Source: a virus (taxonomy: Duplodnaviria > Caudoviricetes). Taken from it: 56,127 nucleotides of DNA. The notes beneath the pieces are model-generated. The model did not search any database. It saw only the letters and a program-made list of their open reading frames with translations, and was not told the DNA's origin. The DNA is taken from positions 1 through 56,127 of the IMG/VR virus record IMGVR_UViG_3300017956_005956; one strand, written 5' to 3'. The position numbers were made by a program, and so were the translations under genes. Numbering within the stretch: the first letter of the stretch is position 1; each line of letters opens with the position of its first letter. Positions 41,401 to 49,972 of this stretch are shown here, piece by piece.

Positions 41401-44400
41401 TCTATTGCATATGTTTTACCCGACTCCCATATAAGATATTCTTTGCTTACACCTCCTACATTAATTGTTGTATCAGCATCTCTTAGAATAGGAGGAAAAT
41501 ATTTGAATTTTGTATAGCCATCATTATAGCCACTAATTGTCCAGCCAGCCAAAGTTTTTTCAATTACAACACCACTATAAACAAATTCGTCTACAGGAAA
41601 ACTTGTATGTAAAAATATAGAATAATTTTCTGCAGGTACAAAAACATTACCTTCATTTAACGGCGTTCTACTGTCTAATATTAATTTCCATTTATCTTTA
41701 TCTGTAAACCCTCCTACTTTAAAACTAATTTGATTTTTTACAGATTTTAATTTATCTATATAATTTGTGTAACGATTTTTAAATATTCCATTTTGATATT
41801 CTGCTATATAGTTAATAAAACCACTTGTATAAAAATCATTATTGTCGATGTAAGGCGCAACTATGTTTTGTAAAGTTATATGATTTTTTGTTGTTTTATA
41901 TACAATCTGATCGGCAATATTTCTATTTTGACGTAATCTGTCAAACCCAGTTGCAAAAGCATAACCAGCTTTATTGAGTATAATAGACTTCATCAAACTA
42001 AAAACAAAATCACTTGAACGTTTCCAAATAGATTCAACCGGAGATCCATCTCCAAATACAAAACTTTCTTTAATATTATTCCTCGAGTAATAGTTAATTA
42101 AACCTGCTTTAGAAGGACTTAACAAATTACCTTTATTATCAACTGGTATAATATTTTGTAAACCTGGTCTAACAAATTTTTTATCAATTTTAAACTTTGG
42201 TTGTCTAATAATACCTTTTTCTAAATCTTCCCACATGATTAGATTATCTGATGTATATGGAAACTCTCCGTATTCTTTATCCCACCATAAAGGCTTAATT
42301 GTAAATCCTAGCATTTCCCAAGGGTGTGTATGTGGTCTATCTGTCCCATAAACATATTCATATATAGCCCTCCACCAACCGGGGCTAAATTCATTATTAC
42401 TTAATCTAGATTTTGAATAATTGTAAGTAAAACTATTTGTAATATTAAAATATACATGTGCAGAATAATCTTGATTTATAAATCTTGTAAAGGAAATAAA
42501 ATCACTTATCAGTACATTATTAAAACTTTGTCTTGATACCCCATTATTTCTAAAGAAGCCTGGTACAACTTCATTAATATCAAACATAGTTGTATCATAT
42601 TTTACTTTTAGATTATTATAAATCCTTTTTTCTAATTCAAAAATTAAATTATCTTTAAAATCTTTGAATGCAGTTGTTAAACTTCCGTCGTGGCCTTGTA
42701 TAACAAGAATACCTTCTTCCCATTCTACATAATTTACATTATCTTGAACTCCAGTATTGACATCAGTCAACGGCATATAAAAAGGCCTGTTCAGACCTGC
42801 AAATCTATGTATTGAAAACTCTCCGGTACCGTTGTTTGCTATATCTGCTTCTATTGCTGCATCAGTTGTTAAATAAACTGGATAAAACCATCCTAATTTA
42901 TCATTGTCATTTGGCTCATTTTTTTCTAAAGCATAAATCTTATAAGGTCCATCATTTTCTTTACTTTTTTCTAAAAAATAAGTTGTATCTATATAGATTT
43001 CTGGTTGGTACGAAGGATACAACCCTAGTTTTGTAGGAGTAGGAGGAATAAAACAGCCATTTGTATTTTCATATTCATAAACTTCAATGAAATCGTTTAC
43101 TTTTTTAAAGCCAAAAATTTGTACAAAACCTTCGTCATTAAATACATAATCTTTTCCATAAATTAATTGCTCACCATTTCTGTAAATATTTACAGCTTTA
43201 TTAGAAGGATAATTTAAAGAAAAACTTTCACTTAACGCATAATACTCTTGATCAACATCAACAATAATATCATTATTAACTACAGAACCTGCATACGGAA
43301 CCATATCACTTAAGAAAAACGGTTGCTTATCATTTTTATCAACAACAAAATCTGCAATAATTCTATCAACATGCTCTTTAACAGGTCCATTAAATCCTAA
43401 ATTATCAGCAATCTCAATAAATCTTCTTTTAAATTTGGTATATTCTTCTTTTGAATATTGTATAGCTGACAAAATATTAGAATCTGTGTCTAGTAAATTA
43501 AATATGGTTAAATTAAAAGGACTAGAATGTTTACAAAATTTTCTTCCGTAAGGAGCTAATTTTCCAAGATCTCTCATGTTATTTTTTCCAGGAAATACTC
43601 CAGCAAAATCATTTACTTCTTCTACTATTGTAAAACCATGATCAATTAGTTCTCCTAGCGTAAATTGTAATAAATTTTCATTAAGTGGATTCCTTTCTAA
43701 ACTTGCAGGAATTTCATAATACCCAACATTATTTTTTGCTGCAGAATATCTTGTTTTTACAATAATATTGTCTCCTGCATTTATTTTAGTTATAAATTCT
43801 ACGTATAATTGCTGATTTACATCTAATAAAATTACAAAATTTTTATTTTTTTCTTGTAACATACCGTTGCGGTAAATTCTAATCCATAACAAATCAACAT
43901 CTATTATTTCATCTTCGTACCAGTCTATTGGAAACTTATTAGAAAAATCTTCTTCAAGAACAAACTGATTTATTACTGACTGTTCGCTTAATTTATTTGT
44001 CTTTATCCAACTATTTTCTGTAACATAAGTGTCAATGTCACTATATTTTCTAAGAAAAGCAATTTCAGTGCTTTTAGATTCTAACAAATTATTTGCGTTT
44101 GTAAAAGTAAATGATTCTGAAAGGAGATTACAAGTAAATAAAATGTCCCCACTATTAACTAGATTTTGATACTGTAGCCTTAACCCAAGTTCTGTATCAA
44201 CAGGACCTGTGCCCTCCTTATAGGAAAATAATTTATTCCCAGCAAATTGCGAAAATTGGTAAGTTAACCCATCTGCTAAATTAATATCATTATCATCATA
44301 AAGATCAAAAAGAGGAGCTTGGTTAACACTATTTTTTTCTTGACACAATTTCCATTCTGTGCCAGTATAAAACAAAGATTTACTTTTATATTTTTGACCA

Positions 44401-46037
44401 TTTCTAATTAGCACAGTTTCATTTAATTTTGGCTCTGTATCAGGTTCATCTACAAGAGTTATCTGTAATCTACCGTTTATTGTTAAAAATTTAACTTTAA
44501 AAATTTTTCCTTTTACAAGTATATCATTATCAGCTAAAAAAAGAACCCGCATTCCTTCTGTTAAATCAACTTCGTCAATATTATATCCTATTGCTCCTTC
44601 AATATTAGAAAACACATCTGTTGTTATATCGTCAACAAGATCGATATCTACTTTTGCTCTTGTTCCAAAATTATATAATTTTAGCCCTTTTTCAAATTCT
44701 ATAATAGGTCGCTTTGCCCTAGAATTCTGATCCACTGATATTGGTAAATTGTTTAATTCTAAAGATTTTTCTATTACATCAATATGAAACCAACGATTAT
44801 ATTTGCTCCACAAATTACCGTCAACAGCACCTCGGCTTATAGTAATATAATCTTTATCACTTGCATATCCAAGTGCTTCACTAAACGGATAATTATCAAA
44901 GCCATCGTTATCAAAAGGAATTTCTATATCATCAACAAATAAGCTAGACAACTTTAATCTATTTGTGTTTATAAGCTCTATGCTGTCTCCAACTCCTTCA
45001 ATATAATATTCTCCGTTAGCATAACTTTCAGGATACACATTACCAGCAAACTCTATTTTCATTCCATTTGATAACGCCCATCCTTCGCTAGTAATATAAG
45101 ATTTTTTACCAATTATTTCTTTTTCAACGTCAATAAAAGTATTTTCGTTAATATCAAATATTTTAATTACTCCTGACAAATTTACATCATCTTTTGAAAT
45201 ATAAAATATATTATCAGGAGCATTATCTGGCACAGTAAATTCTATTATACCATCACTTATCCATATATCGTCAATTTCAATACCTTGTCGATCAAACTTT
45301 TTTTGATTATTATCATAAATTAATGAAGTATTATATATGTCATCATCTAAATTCCTACCTGGAGTATAGGAAATCCTAGATACAAAAGCAAAAGGATAAC
45401 TTGGTGTGTTAATATCAAACCTATAAGTTTGTCCTCTGTATAATGTTATACTAGGATTGTCTGTTAACCCATCAGGAGTAAACAAGTATGTTAAATTATT
45501 ATCATTATCTTTTAATCTAACTTTGTATTCACTTTGTATATTATTACTTTGTCCTACAACAGTTACAGTTTGAGGTCCTGTTGGTAACCAGTAATATTCT
45601 CGAAAATTAATAAACTTGTCAAAATCAATATGAGGATTCCATGCATAAGTTTCTTGTTTGTTTAAAACATCATGATTTGTGTAGTTTCCATTCCTAATTT
45701 TAACAAAATTTATATAATCATTATAATTTGCATAAAATTCTATGTTGTTAAGATTATCTTTAATAACAGAAACCGGCTCTAGTTGATAATCAACACGATC
45801 TTTACTTATATCATCTACATATATATCATTTGCAGCATAAGCTTTTGCATTTTTTCTTCCATAAAAACCATTTATTTTTTCAACAACTCCAGGCTGAACC
45901 ATTTGATCTAAAGTTGCGTTTAAAAACTTTTTATTAAAATCAGTTCTAAAAAATTTAGGTAAATGATTTACAGTTTCTCTCCTAGGAAGACCATTAGCAG
46001 GTAATGCAGGTTCTTGTTGATTATTTTTATATGCCAT
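29460..46037 (-). CDS. Giant (5,525 aa) virion structural protein, probably baseplate wedge/adhesin-like
   Basis: Uninterrupted 16.6-kb ORF directly downstream of the gp6-like gene. Contains FG-GAP-like blades (FGKSVAI...VGAP, FGTSFDL...IGAP), W-x5-Y-x2-G/N-D-I-V modules, ITNPGRGY-type repeats and repeated xDGxTxxFxL units. Confidence 0.8.
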   Translation of the reverse strand: MAYKNNQQEPALPANGLPRRETVNHLPKFFRTDFNKKFLNATLDQMVQPGVVEKINGFYGRKNAKAYAANDIYVDDISKDRVDYQLEPVSVIKDNLNNIEFYANYNDYINFVKIRNGNYTNHDVLNKQETYAWNPHIDFDKFINFREYYWLPTGPQTVTVVGQSNNIQSEYKVRLKDNDNNLTYLFTPDGLTDNPSITLYRGQTYRFDINTPSYPFAFVSRISYTPGRNLDDDIYNTSLIYDNNQKKFDRQGIEIDDIWISDGIIEFTVPDNAPDNIFYISKDDVNLSGVIKIFDINENTFIDVEKEIIGKKSYITSEGWALSNGMKIEFAGNVYPESYANGEYYIEGVGDSIELINTNRLKLSSLFVDDIEIPFDNDGFDNYPFSEALGYASDKDYITISRGAVDGNLWSKYNRWFHIDVIEKSLELNNLPISVDQNSRAKRPIIEFEKGLKLYNFGTRAKVDIDLVDDITTDVFSNIEGAIGYNIDEVDLTEGMRVLFLADNDILVKGKIFKVKFLTINGRLQITLVDEPDTEPKLNETVLIRNGQKYKSKSLFYTGTEWKLCQEKNSVNQAPLFDLYDDNDINLADGLTYQFSQFAGNKLFSYKEGTGPVDTELGLRLQYQNLVNSGDILFTCNLLSESFTFTNANNLLESKSTEIAFLRKYSDIDTYVTENSWIKTNKLSEQSVINQFVLEEDFSNKFPIDWYEDEIIDVDLLWIRIYRNGMLQEKNKNFVILLDVNQQLYVEFITKINAGDNIIVKTRYSAAKNNVGYYEIPASLERNPLNENLLQFTLGELIDHGFTIVEEVNDFAGVFPGKNNMRDLGKLAPYGRKFCKHSSPFNLTIFNLLDTDSNILSAIQYSKEEYTKFKRRFIEIADNLGFNGPVKEHVDRIIADFVVDKNDKQPFFLSDMVPYAGSVVNNDIIVDVDQEYYALSESFSLNYPSNKAVNIYRNGEQLIYGKDYVFNDEGFVQIFGFKKVNDFIEVYEYENTNGCFIPPTPTKLGLYPSYQPEIYIDTTYFLEKSKENDGPYKIYALEKNEPNDNDKLGWFYPVYLTTDAAIEADIANNGTGEFSIHRFAGLNRPFYMPLTDVNTGVQDNVNYVEWEEGILVIQGHDGSLTTAFKDFKDNLIFELEKRIYNNLKVKYDTTMFDINEVVPGFFRNNGVSRQSFNNVLISDFISFTRFINQDYSAHVYFNITNSFTYNYSKSRLSNNEFSPGWWRAIYEYVYGTDRPHTHPWEMLGFTIKPLWWDKEYGEFPYTSDNLIMWEDLEKGIIRQPKFKIDKKFVRPGLQNIIPVDNKGNLLSPSKAGLINYYSRNNIKESFVFGDGSPVESIWKRSSDFVFSLMKSIILNKAGYAFATGFDRLRQNRNIADQIVYKTTKNHITLQNIVAPYIDNNDFYTSGFINYIAEYQNGIFKNRYTNYIDKLKSVKNQISFKVGGFTDKDKWKLILDSRTPLNEGNVFVPAENYSIFLHTSFPVDEFVYSGVVIEKTLAGWTISGYNDGYTKFKYFPPILRDADTTINVGGVSKEYLIWESGKTYAIDSIVKVGSNTFYRCKQTHVSGENFDISKFASLPRLPIIGGVNAKVRKQFYNSISEISYGTSLPTVQDVVDFLLGYGKWLEFVGFTFDRFVESQFEVADWNLSIKQFLFWTTQKWDAGSLITLSPGADKVNFAPEYGTVGNVIDTSFKYSIFKADGTVIKPRNINFIRDNDNNFYAQTNNNDGIYFIKIPIVYKEHVVLIDNVTEFNDVIFDLAPGYRQERIRVLGYRTNNWKGGLDIPGFFYDDVKIVKWEQWKKYNVGDIVQYKEFNYVAIVTIDPAVEFNYTNWKLLDDKISSNLFSNFDYKIEQFKDFYDLDSDNLDLNQQKLAQHLIGYQKRKYLENIVNNDVSQYKFYQGYIQEKGTKNSLTKLFDVLASAEKDSLEFYEEYAVKQGNYGAVKNFDEFDFILNEENFKLSPQPILLTNNVTGKETDLIYRIQENEVLVKGNGYQHKPFPTTYTDKFELRHAGYVSETDVDKIVSNYSQLLDFPIDNFKENELIWVGTYNADWTVLTYKKYDYKFIQLAVVDNRQIDLYFDVTIEKDFKVGDIVGIQNVSKLAKVGIDSTVVSVETDSDLNGIFEIVKVELDILSLGISVDNASVINLISSTQLEGDTTGIITRFVSVRVPDLESMSNLVNSTLQIGNKVWVDNDNTNSWKVFQLENSFTYYSQINNPNGTSMSFGYIVKTNARNNVMIVGDPFDNDGKVYVYTRPTISTEYKLLQILEPDQPEPEDLLYDNSDNQEGFVYLLTKDSVNNIRRIFKNGAVVDPSLYTKNESENKIIFSFQILQDDIILVNYNTHAIPYEFGKSVAINDSGNFIMVGAPSASRLQTKIKGLWNSNENYSANDIVYTDDNNFKMYFKANVDIRGSSAATEFKSFYNYGQFIKDNGLDTEDSFEYPMLFTGSYNEREIQTDHLIIRLPQKIFSGIQINDQIKFKWNDISNVNQTQLNLVSRNPFDGEYDLINANFISNLHIVQYKFTDILKVVGARVIPSAGDDVNSEFAIGNIVNVIQLEGTNDILLYCKDVVGNFGEFGTLKIGIIVIGDYTVTLSKNDYTELTTEYSGFVSIPTPNYTITSKRNDSGRGLLIQDVVTTQNPVPANVYYNLAEYNSAIVKSLSYVDFNLQTNGDYVPTNRLLQYYVINVPKDIDTNNSFNLFVNDFEKTVKIFKVRSTRFVNVLPVVQAGEILKQKITGATATVFSSNVSISAETINSVNPVYEIEIQFVKEGPTGLSFNSIDELVGSITGELFVRPISLPIKEELIHIEEIGLIDPYDENNNTINNINFFDVWDGFIVYDENRVDANGLPFVPYAKFYENGSLLTAIDLDGTERVGQTIRELNQNGLPTNNTAEVMFIQRIANSRVIIWLNNIQGSWIAASAEQDTVQLQMDAHPTGVDILGRLNIYNFDRPFGVIHDFKSATDTGLKFGVVFNQYPIPIQIDPVLGTQINTLTNVEYWLFTQSDILGLPTPAITPENGSIYWQRIYNLQVDINGTKSDFDNEGVVYIFEKVGNGYTLVQRLLGPDRQNNYKFGANIKLLGNENASRSYILAENPKRIYFVNNGIYNDQIYNWEYAANKKFKGVFNPDYTYFTGDIVFVPRNVTEDLFDSNLGVFDGTLFEAITNGKSSVINLQNGINTSYWKLADNLIDYVGFVPNTIGSIQLDSADVSTLNISNLTNFGINFDVSANGDVLVVFLQYENEKNKLGIYRNDNGYYRWMQTIEAENENTDFGTSFDLSANGDELFIGAPLTSIAKVNQGKVYYYKVVDYLFVLQQIIGSPYDEIEESFGISIQENNGILVIGSANANFYADTTFDNGTTIFDSKLTTFQYSKDDKGVIFVFEKINGFFVYADFIHYDNPYANNFRYGSNILFNNRILYVADMNYKNDNNSLGYIRTYHTTGKFYNVIRSKKLPIDTTKIKKITLYNRKTNVLIKTLDYIDILQGKIPGPAEQNIDFKLYFDPANYNIVNDTDLDVIRNTDLPWTTEYVGMVLWDLNNAKFYYPHLNDISFSVNRWHKVFIDNTIDLYEWVQSSILPEQWDEISETAAGFALGISGKTKYGNNAYVEEIILNKITNTLEKRYYFWVKDKKEIPNKDSRTISVHKLQNLIKDPIKEGYEFIALIGSDQFAIYNCLQYLNDNDVAISFQIYNDKNITANLHSQYKLVSVGLETSKIPNFLEQKWIDSLVGFDLATRPVPDITLPEKYRYGMLNEPRQGWFVNRQQALKEYIQRVNRVLEKNLIVDSKNLQSLYTVDEYPTEVTNEYDIKLQTYAELAYYGIAKAEQAAAVLEVIDGEIVNITITNPGRGYQVVPTYNIIDKGVDAEIKFELNSIGSIISANIIRSGKNYTQSAKIEIRKFTALVEYDENLNNKWSLYERNYQANSWTRIKSQGFNTTLYWNFIDWYAEGYSSRTTVTHLIDFSYQLAGLNANIGDIVKIKSIGAGGWLLLYKVDNQKNVDYSINYETVGRENGTISFSNLLYENKNFDLQSFDINFYDILPTDEIRVIANAIKDDILIDDLAIEYNNLFFAQIRYILSEQKNVDWIFKSSFIRIKHNVGELRQDVTFNNDNLPSYEEYVKEVKPYKANIREYISAYDKLDNNPQLITDFDLPPTFNFDSNKILPYSVKAYNEQLYGLSNELEQYPNKNWLDNVGYTVLEVKISYNGYGYINSPTLSFEGGGGRGAKAIAQLGENGKIVSIEVTDNGSGYLSAPNLIITGETREDYKAALCSVIIGQPLVRSTYTKIKFDRISPILTFKDINGNIKIDEEFQEIVSGSKYIFDLPWPISLLPKDTQVFVDNEKLLRGEYTFTNVLDTTKTYHRYFGRVILINPPANYSVVKIQFKKDINLLPAVDRIKYYYKNNLGQFGNDISQLMEGVDYGGVEIKSFGFDVKSGWDNDGYFVSNYDTYDESFEDIISTVGRNLIQPDVLDYKIQINWINFAKAVNALIIGDSVEIDNHTLFYSIFNVDQLGNSYPDPLNGNSILNVLDELVNEALVDENGNLLLDAEDNIQYQLIPKITVRSVEQMQKYGINSIDLNEIAANNIDTQIITLFQQLSLSNITALIAETNPVINDVKIIMQQPLVNGQQYNFYLNNVRLDDPNYADDSTAVSNPNAVMQTIIGNGITTEIIIKTYIKEFETGDIIILRKPTSDGSFIPSDLDYDTLINGGNINYSNAIGINADEINIDGDNFVSPTTSKSTEENVPGLVQDTLDITVYERPITGSSNIISKNYISDGSTVTYDLGTYPLKEKNIIVKVNNNIVTNYEVNSNKTLTFLNSIEVNARINIIIFDYSGYNVLDVDTIVANGNTNDFVVNARYEKNLQSQISVNAKEENYVLKQNSENNIVISFAKILDPGDVIRYVIYTNKEQANIANFSEITIDEFVFDGSTTSFPLSITPYKQEPAEWFTLVFVNNKLLNPGYTEIFEVSDVREYELRLYQVPIRSLNFEQIRVFLNDNELEYNMHWIFNSAGQYNPGLAEDKQEGSLIILRQGVGTVGDTLKVYVYANDTELIESGGDYKYGYYDNETYVPTPGNLHIYKEMNIGDVIKVYQFSNHDSQRIDWQSFDIDQRTLLSPGKIIGSGINIVTSLSEMYVPFVLESNKQYAIFKNGFRVDDLYYGTNTQTNLSAEIQTPFGNGTYFLNFQEIGLSVISGDVIKVEELNAQYTIDSDSKNYNEFRQLKNGVIALNYPAIGDQYVWVAKNGLLLTPSVDYYLLADMQHIKLVDYLVENDNIQTIHFSNSIQQKKFGWRQFTDILNRTHYYTLDGQKNITLKENLNWYDKIIVVENSDELPNPDHNSKFPGVIFIQGERIEYKQRYGNVLQHIRRGTLGTGVKQVYVAGTEIYNQSVDTILPYKDEIIVVNTVGDGINKEFALEFVANNENEFEVFVGGTRMRKTKLQSYELDTINREIYSNENEYISQDSPEGDITLPPEFTVVDNTLVFHEAPKEGVKILIIRKIGLEWTKPGDRLVDTDTPLSRIIRSVEADLPR

Positions 46038-46049
46038 TTAATATCCTTA

Positions 46050-49000
46050 TTAAGTCGATTGTATTCCTATATTTGTGTTGCTTGTGCTTATAACCACTTT
46101 ACCGTATGCTTGTAACTTTTCAGCACTAATATCATCTATTATTTCTACATCGTTTACAGTTGCTCCGCTTATTAAAATTTCGTCATCTTCGCATTTTATT
46201 TGATGTAAACTTCCAAATGTCTGATCTTGGGCAATAGGAACAATAACAAATGTAGTAATATCCGGAGCCATTTCTTTTACTACATACGCTGCTAATTCTG
46301 AAAAATAAAAAGTTTCTCCAAAATCCCAATTTTCTAATGAAAAAAATTGATTAATGAAAAAAATTATTCTTGATTTTAATTCATTATCATTTAAAACAAT
46401 ATCATCATTTTTAATAACTTTAAATACTCCCTGTAGAATAGGATCTGCTTTATTACCAAAAATAATTCTGTATTTTGCAGGATGATATATTAATTCATCT
46501 GTAATTGATTTATTTTTTTCTAAATTTTGAGAATAATTTATAAACAATTGATCAGATGATAAAGGTAACGGTTTAACTTCAGTTGTATTGTTAAGATATA
46601 ACCTAAATTTTGTATCATAGTCTGATGTAAGTAAATATACATCAATTATATTTGTCTGACTAGGATCAATCCTAGACGAACCATCTGCTGCATGACTATA
46701 ACTAAACTTTAAATTATCTCTACCTACAAAACCTTTGTAATCTGTGGTTGTAGTTAATAAATTTGTACTTTTTGAATATATTTGAAATAGATCAACATCA
46801 ACAAAGTAAAAAACCTGGTTATTTTTATATTGACTTAATGGCCCTAAATTATTTTTACTTTGCAAAGTTATAATTTCTTTACTTTGCTTATTGTCAAAAT
46901 ATGAAAACCTTTCAACACCATTTGATGCAATATATTTTTTCTGAAAAATAAAAGCAGATAACGGATTTTCCTCTGGATTAACAAGAACTTCAAAAGTACT
47001 TTCATCGTCGCTTATACCATCATCGTCACTGTCAAAAAAATCAACAGTAACTTTATCACTTGTAACATAACCTAAATCATCCCTATACTCTTCTGTAATT
47101 TCGAAACTATAGTCTACTGTAAAATTTTGCAAACTTTCTACTCCATTTACAGCAGGTAATGTATTAATTGACAGAAAAGTTATGTTATCTTTAATAATTT
47201 TTCCAGTTTGATTATCATATATTTTATCTGTTTTATCAAAATAAAAATCAACCTCATTTTTACTTTCAACTATATATCTTGCTGCTCTATATTCAACAGT
47301 ATACTTTTCCTTATTTGTTGTAAACTTTATTATCCAAGACGAGTCTAATTTTTGTCCTGATACATCACCAGTTTTTCCTTCATTGTATGGATCTACTACG
47401 TTTAAATTTTCTTCATTTATTATTTGCCAAGAGGTTTTATTTCTATCAAATCGCAATCCAAATGTTTGATATGCTACAATCAATTCTATCATTTCTTTTT
47501 TAATATCACTGGTAAGCACATTAGAAACAAATGGTCGAATTTCTGCTAAAATCGCTCCTGTTGGTAAGTAATCATTTACTATAACAGGTCCTTCGCCGTT
47601 GCTTGTTAATTCTGTTCCGTTATTTCTAGTGTTAATAATTTTTACCCATTTATAATTTACAGCACCTTTATAATTTGCATCTCCTGCAACTAAATTACCA
47701 TCAGGTCCAAAATGATAATTTGTAGGCGCTGTAAATTTTACAAGTGTATTATTTTGAATAAATTTTAACAAAGAATCTGTATATGTTCCTAATATCTGTA
47801 TGATTTCACTTTCATTTTGTAAGTACCCGGTGTAATAATTAGTATCACTATAAACCGATACCCATGAAAGGCCTTGATCAACATATGGTATTTGCTGAGT
47901 AACGTGAAAATAATAATTTTTTGTTTCAACATGCTTTAAAATTGGATCAATTTGATTTATAATAATTTTTTCAACATCTAACTCAGATTCAAATGAAAAT
48001 TGTAATTTTTTTGTAAGAATTTCTTTAAAAAGTATTCCGTCACTAGCAAATAAATTAGTTGAACTATACTTTCCTGTTGCATCTTTTAAATCTAAATATC
48101 GTGAAATTCCAGAAGAAATCCTGTTAACACTCTTAGCTTTTATTATCTCAGCATTAGCTATTAATGGTCCTATTTGATAATCTTCAGCGGTAATTAACCT
48201 GTTCTGCGTATAATAATTCATTGGTGCTTTTTGCCTAATAGAATTATTACTTTCTGATACCGATGAGTTATTAACGGTGTATTGTAATTCTAAAACTATT
48301 GAAAGAGTTTCGACTTTTCCAGACTGAGATTCATAATCAATATCAATTGCAATTCCTATCATGTCTGCTGGATCAATTACAATCTTTGCATTTCTACTTG
48401 TCCTATAATAAACTCTAAAATTCCCTTGCGGTAATTCTCCAAATACACCATCTGAAAATATTAAACTAATCCTATCATTTACTCGTGTCAACACAGAATA
48501 TATAGACCTAATATTTTTATCTACATTATTATAAATTATATTATTTCCTTCAATTGCATCAACTTTTGTCCATAATTTATCAGTTGTATCATTTGCGTTT
48601 AAACTATACAACCATACATCATCATTATTAATATTAATTGCATCAACTGATACCAACTGATTTGCACTAGGATTAGTTATATTAAAGTTACCTTGATCGA
48701 TAGATCCTTGCTTAAAAAACATAAAAAAACCGGTATTTTCACTTGCAGGACCTATTCCGTCTTCCCTGTATAAAATACTAAATTTATTTCCTGGCAACGG
48801 AGGTTCTTCATAGATTGTATCATCAAAATCAACTGGAACAATTTCAAAACGCAAAGACTGACCATCAATTACTTTAGTAAATGAAATAATAGGAATATCA
48901 TCCAAAAAAGAATTTATTTTATATTTTTCAGTAGTAATATTTGCTAAGGTTGATTTTTTATAAGCTTTTCCAAATTTGTTAGTACTGTCAAATGCTTTAT

Positions 49001-49481
49001 TCAAAACAAAAATAAATTGTTCATACCAATTTGGATTACTTGGATCATTCCAAATTATGTTTTGCCCAACAAGATTTAGATTATTTGAATCAACTAAAGC
49101 TTCAGTTGTTCTTACACTTGTTATTTTTAACAAACCGTTTGCACCAGTATTTCTTTTTGGACTATAACTTAATAATCTAGCTAATCTTAAAATGCTTTCT
49201 CTGCGTTCAGCAAGTTCAATAAAATTTTCTCTAGCGTTAAGATCAATTCTAAAAGATAAATTTTGCCCTAAAAAAGCAATTAGATCAATTAATGCAATGT
49301 ATTCGGAACTTTCGATGTAATCATTGAAATCTTCTGGATATTTTTCTCTAAGATAGTTTATCATAACTCTGCGTAAACTATCAAAATCGTAGCTTTGAAA
49401 TTCGGCGTTAGAATATGTTTGATAAATTCTTTTCCAATCTTCGGCTACTAATAATCTATTTTGTCTATCGGTTAATGCCAT
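46050..49481 (-). CDS. Baseplate wedge subunit, T4 gp6-like
   Basis: DFDSLR...YL...DFNDY...ALIDLIAF...ENFIELAERRESILRLARLLSYSPKR and QNRLITAEDY motifs typical of gp6/baseplate-J proteins; adjacent to the gp25-like gene. Confidence 0.85.
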   Translation of the reverse strand: MALTDRQNRLLVAEDWKRIYQTYSNAEFQSYDFDSLRRVMINYLREKYPEDFNDYIESSEYIALIDLIAFLGQNLSFRIDLNARENFIELAERRESILRLARLLSYSPKRNTGANGLLKITSVRTTEALVDSNNLNLVGQNIIWNDPSNPNWYEQFIFVLNKAFDSTNKFGKAYKKSTLANITTEKYKINSFLDDIPIISFTKVIDGQSLRFEIVPVDFDDTIYEEPPLPGNKFSILYREDGIGPASENTGFFMFFKQGSIDQGNFNITNPSANQLVSVDAININNDDVWLYSLNANDTTDKLWTKVDAIEGNNIIYNNVDKNIRSIYSVLTRVNDRISLIFSDGVFGELPQGNFRVYYRTSRNAKIVIDPADMIGIAIDIDYESQSGKVETLSIVLELQYTVNNSSVSESNNSIRQKAPMNYYTQNRLITAEDYQIGPLIANAEIIKAKSVNRISSGISRYLDLKDATGKYSSTNLFASDGILFKEILTKKLQFSFESELDVEKIIINQIDPILKHVETKNYYFHVTQQIPYVDQGLSWVSVYSDTNYYTGYLQNESEIIQILGTYTDSLLKFIQNNTLVKFTAPTNYHFGPDGNLVAGDANYKGAVNYKWVKIINTRNNGTELTSNGEGPVIVNDYLPTGAILAEIRPFVSNVLTSDIKKEMIELIVAYQTFGLRFDRNKTSWQIINEENLNVVDPYNEGKTGDVSGQKLDSSWIIKFTTNKEKYTVEYRAARYIVESKNEVDFYFDKTDKIYDNQTGKIIKDNITFLSINTLPAVNGVESLQNFTVDYSFEITEEYRDDLGYVTSDKVTVDFFDSDDDGISDDESTFEVLVNPEENPLSAFIFQKKYIASNGVERFSYFDNKQSKEIITLQSKNNLGPLSQYKNNQVFYFVDVDLFQIYSKSTNLLTTTTDYKGFVGRDNLKFSYSHAADGSSRIDPSQTNIIDVYLLTSDYDTKFRLYLNNTTEVKPLPLSSDQLFINYSQNLEKNKSITDELIYHPAKYRIIFGNKADPILQGVFKVIKNDDIVLNDNELKSRIIFFINQFFSLENWDFGETFYFSELAAYVVKEMAPDITTFVIVPIAQDQTFGSLHQIKCEDDEILISGATVNDVEIIDDISAEKLQAYGKVVISTSNTNIGIQST

Positions 49482-49496
49482 AACAAATCCTTTTTT

Positions 49497-49526
49497 GTAT
49501 TTATTTTCTAATAAAATGCATATATT
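49497..49526 (-). promoter_or_regulatory. Putative late promoter (ATAAATAC) with an upstream 16-nt element
   Basis: Intergenic AATATATGCATTTTAT-N5-AATAAATAC, then an AAGGA RBS and the ATG at 49481; near-identical arrangement at 55485-55515. Confidence 0.6.
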
Positions 49527-49534
49527 TTAAATTT

Positions 49535-49972
49535 TTAAGTAAGAAGCCCTGCATTTCTATCAAAACGCAAACGCATTTTATCTTGAATATTATAAGGAAG
49601 GTAAATTAATTCACATTCAACTTGTATTCCACTCTCATATTCATCTACAACAACTTTTGCTATTTTAACTCGTGTGTCACTTCTAATAATTCTATTAACG
49701 TTATCAATAATAAGATTTCTTAATTGCGCCGTCATAGGTTCAAATAATATATCCCATAAAATTGTTCCAAATGTAGGATCTGATAATTTTTCTCCTTGCC
49801 TTATATGAAAATGATTTATTATATCTTGTTTTATTAATTGTAAATCATACAATTTGTAAGTATTATTATTAGTAAATACTGTGCTAATTCCTCTATAAGT
49901 TTTTGATCCTGGTTTGAACTTTGTACTTTCATTTTTATTTTTAACAACAATTTCTTTATATAATGTACTCAT
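49535..49972 (-). CDS. Baseplate wedge protein, gp25/GPW-like
   Basis: DLQLIKQDIINHFHIRQGEKLSDPTFGTILWDILFEP...DTRV is the gp25 family signature. Confidence 0.9.
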   Translation of the reverse strand: MSTLYKEIVVKNKNESTKFKPGSKTYRGISTVFTNNNTYKLYDLQLIKQDIINHFHIRQGEKLSDPTFGTILWDILFEPMTAQLRNLIIDNVNRIIRSDTRVKIAKVVVDEYESGIQVECELIYLPYNIQDKMRLRFDRNAGLLT

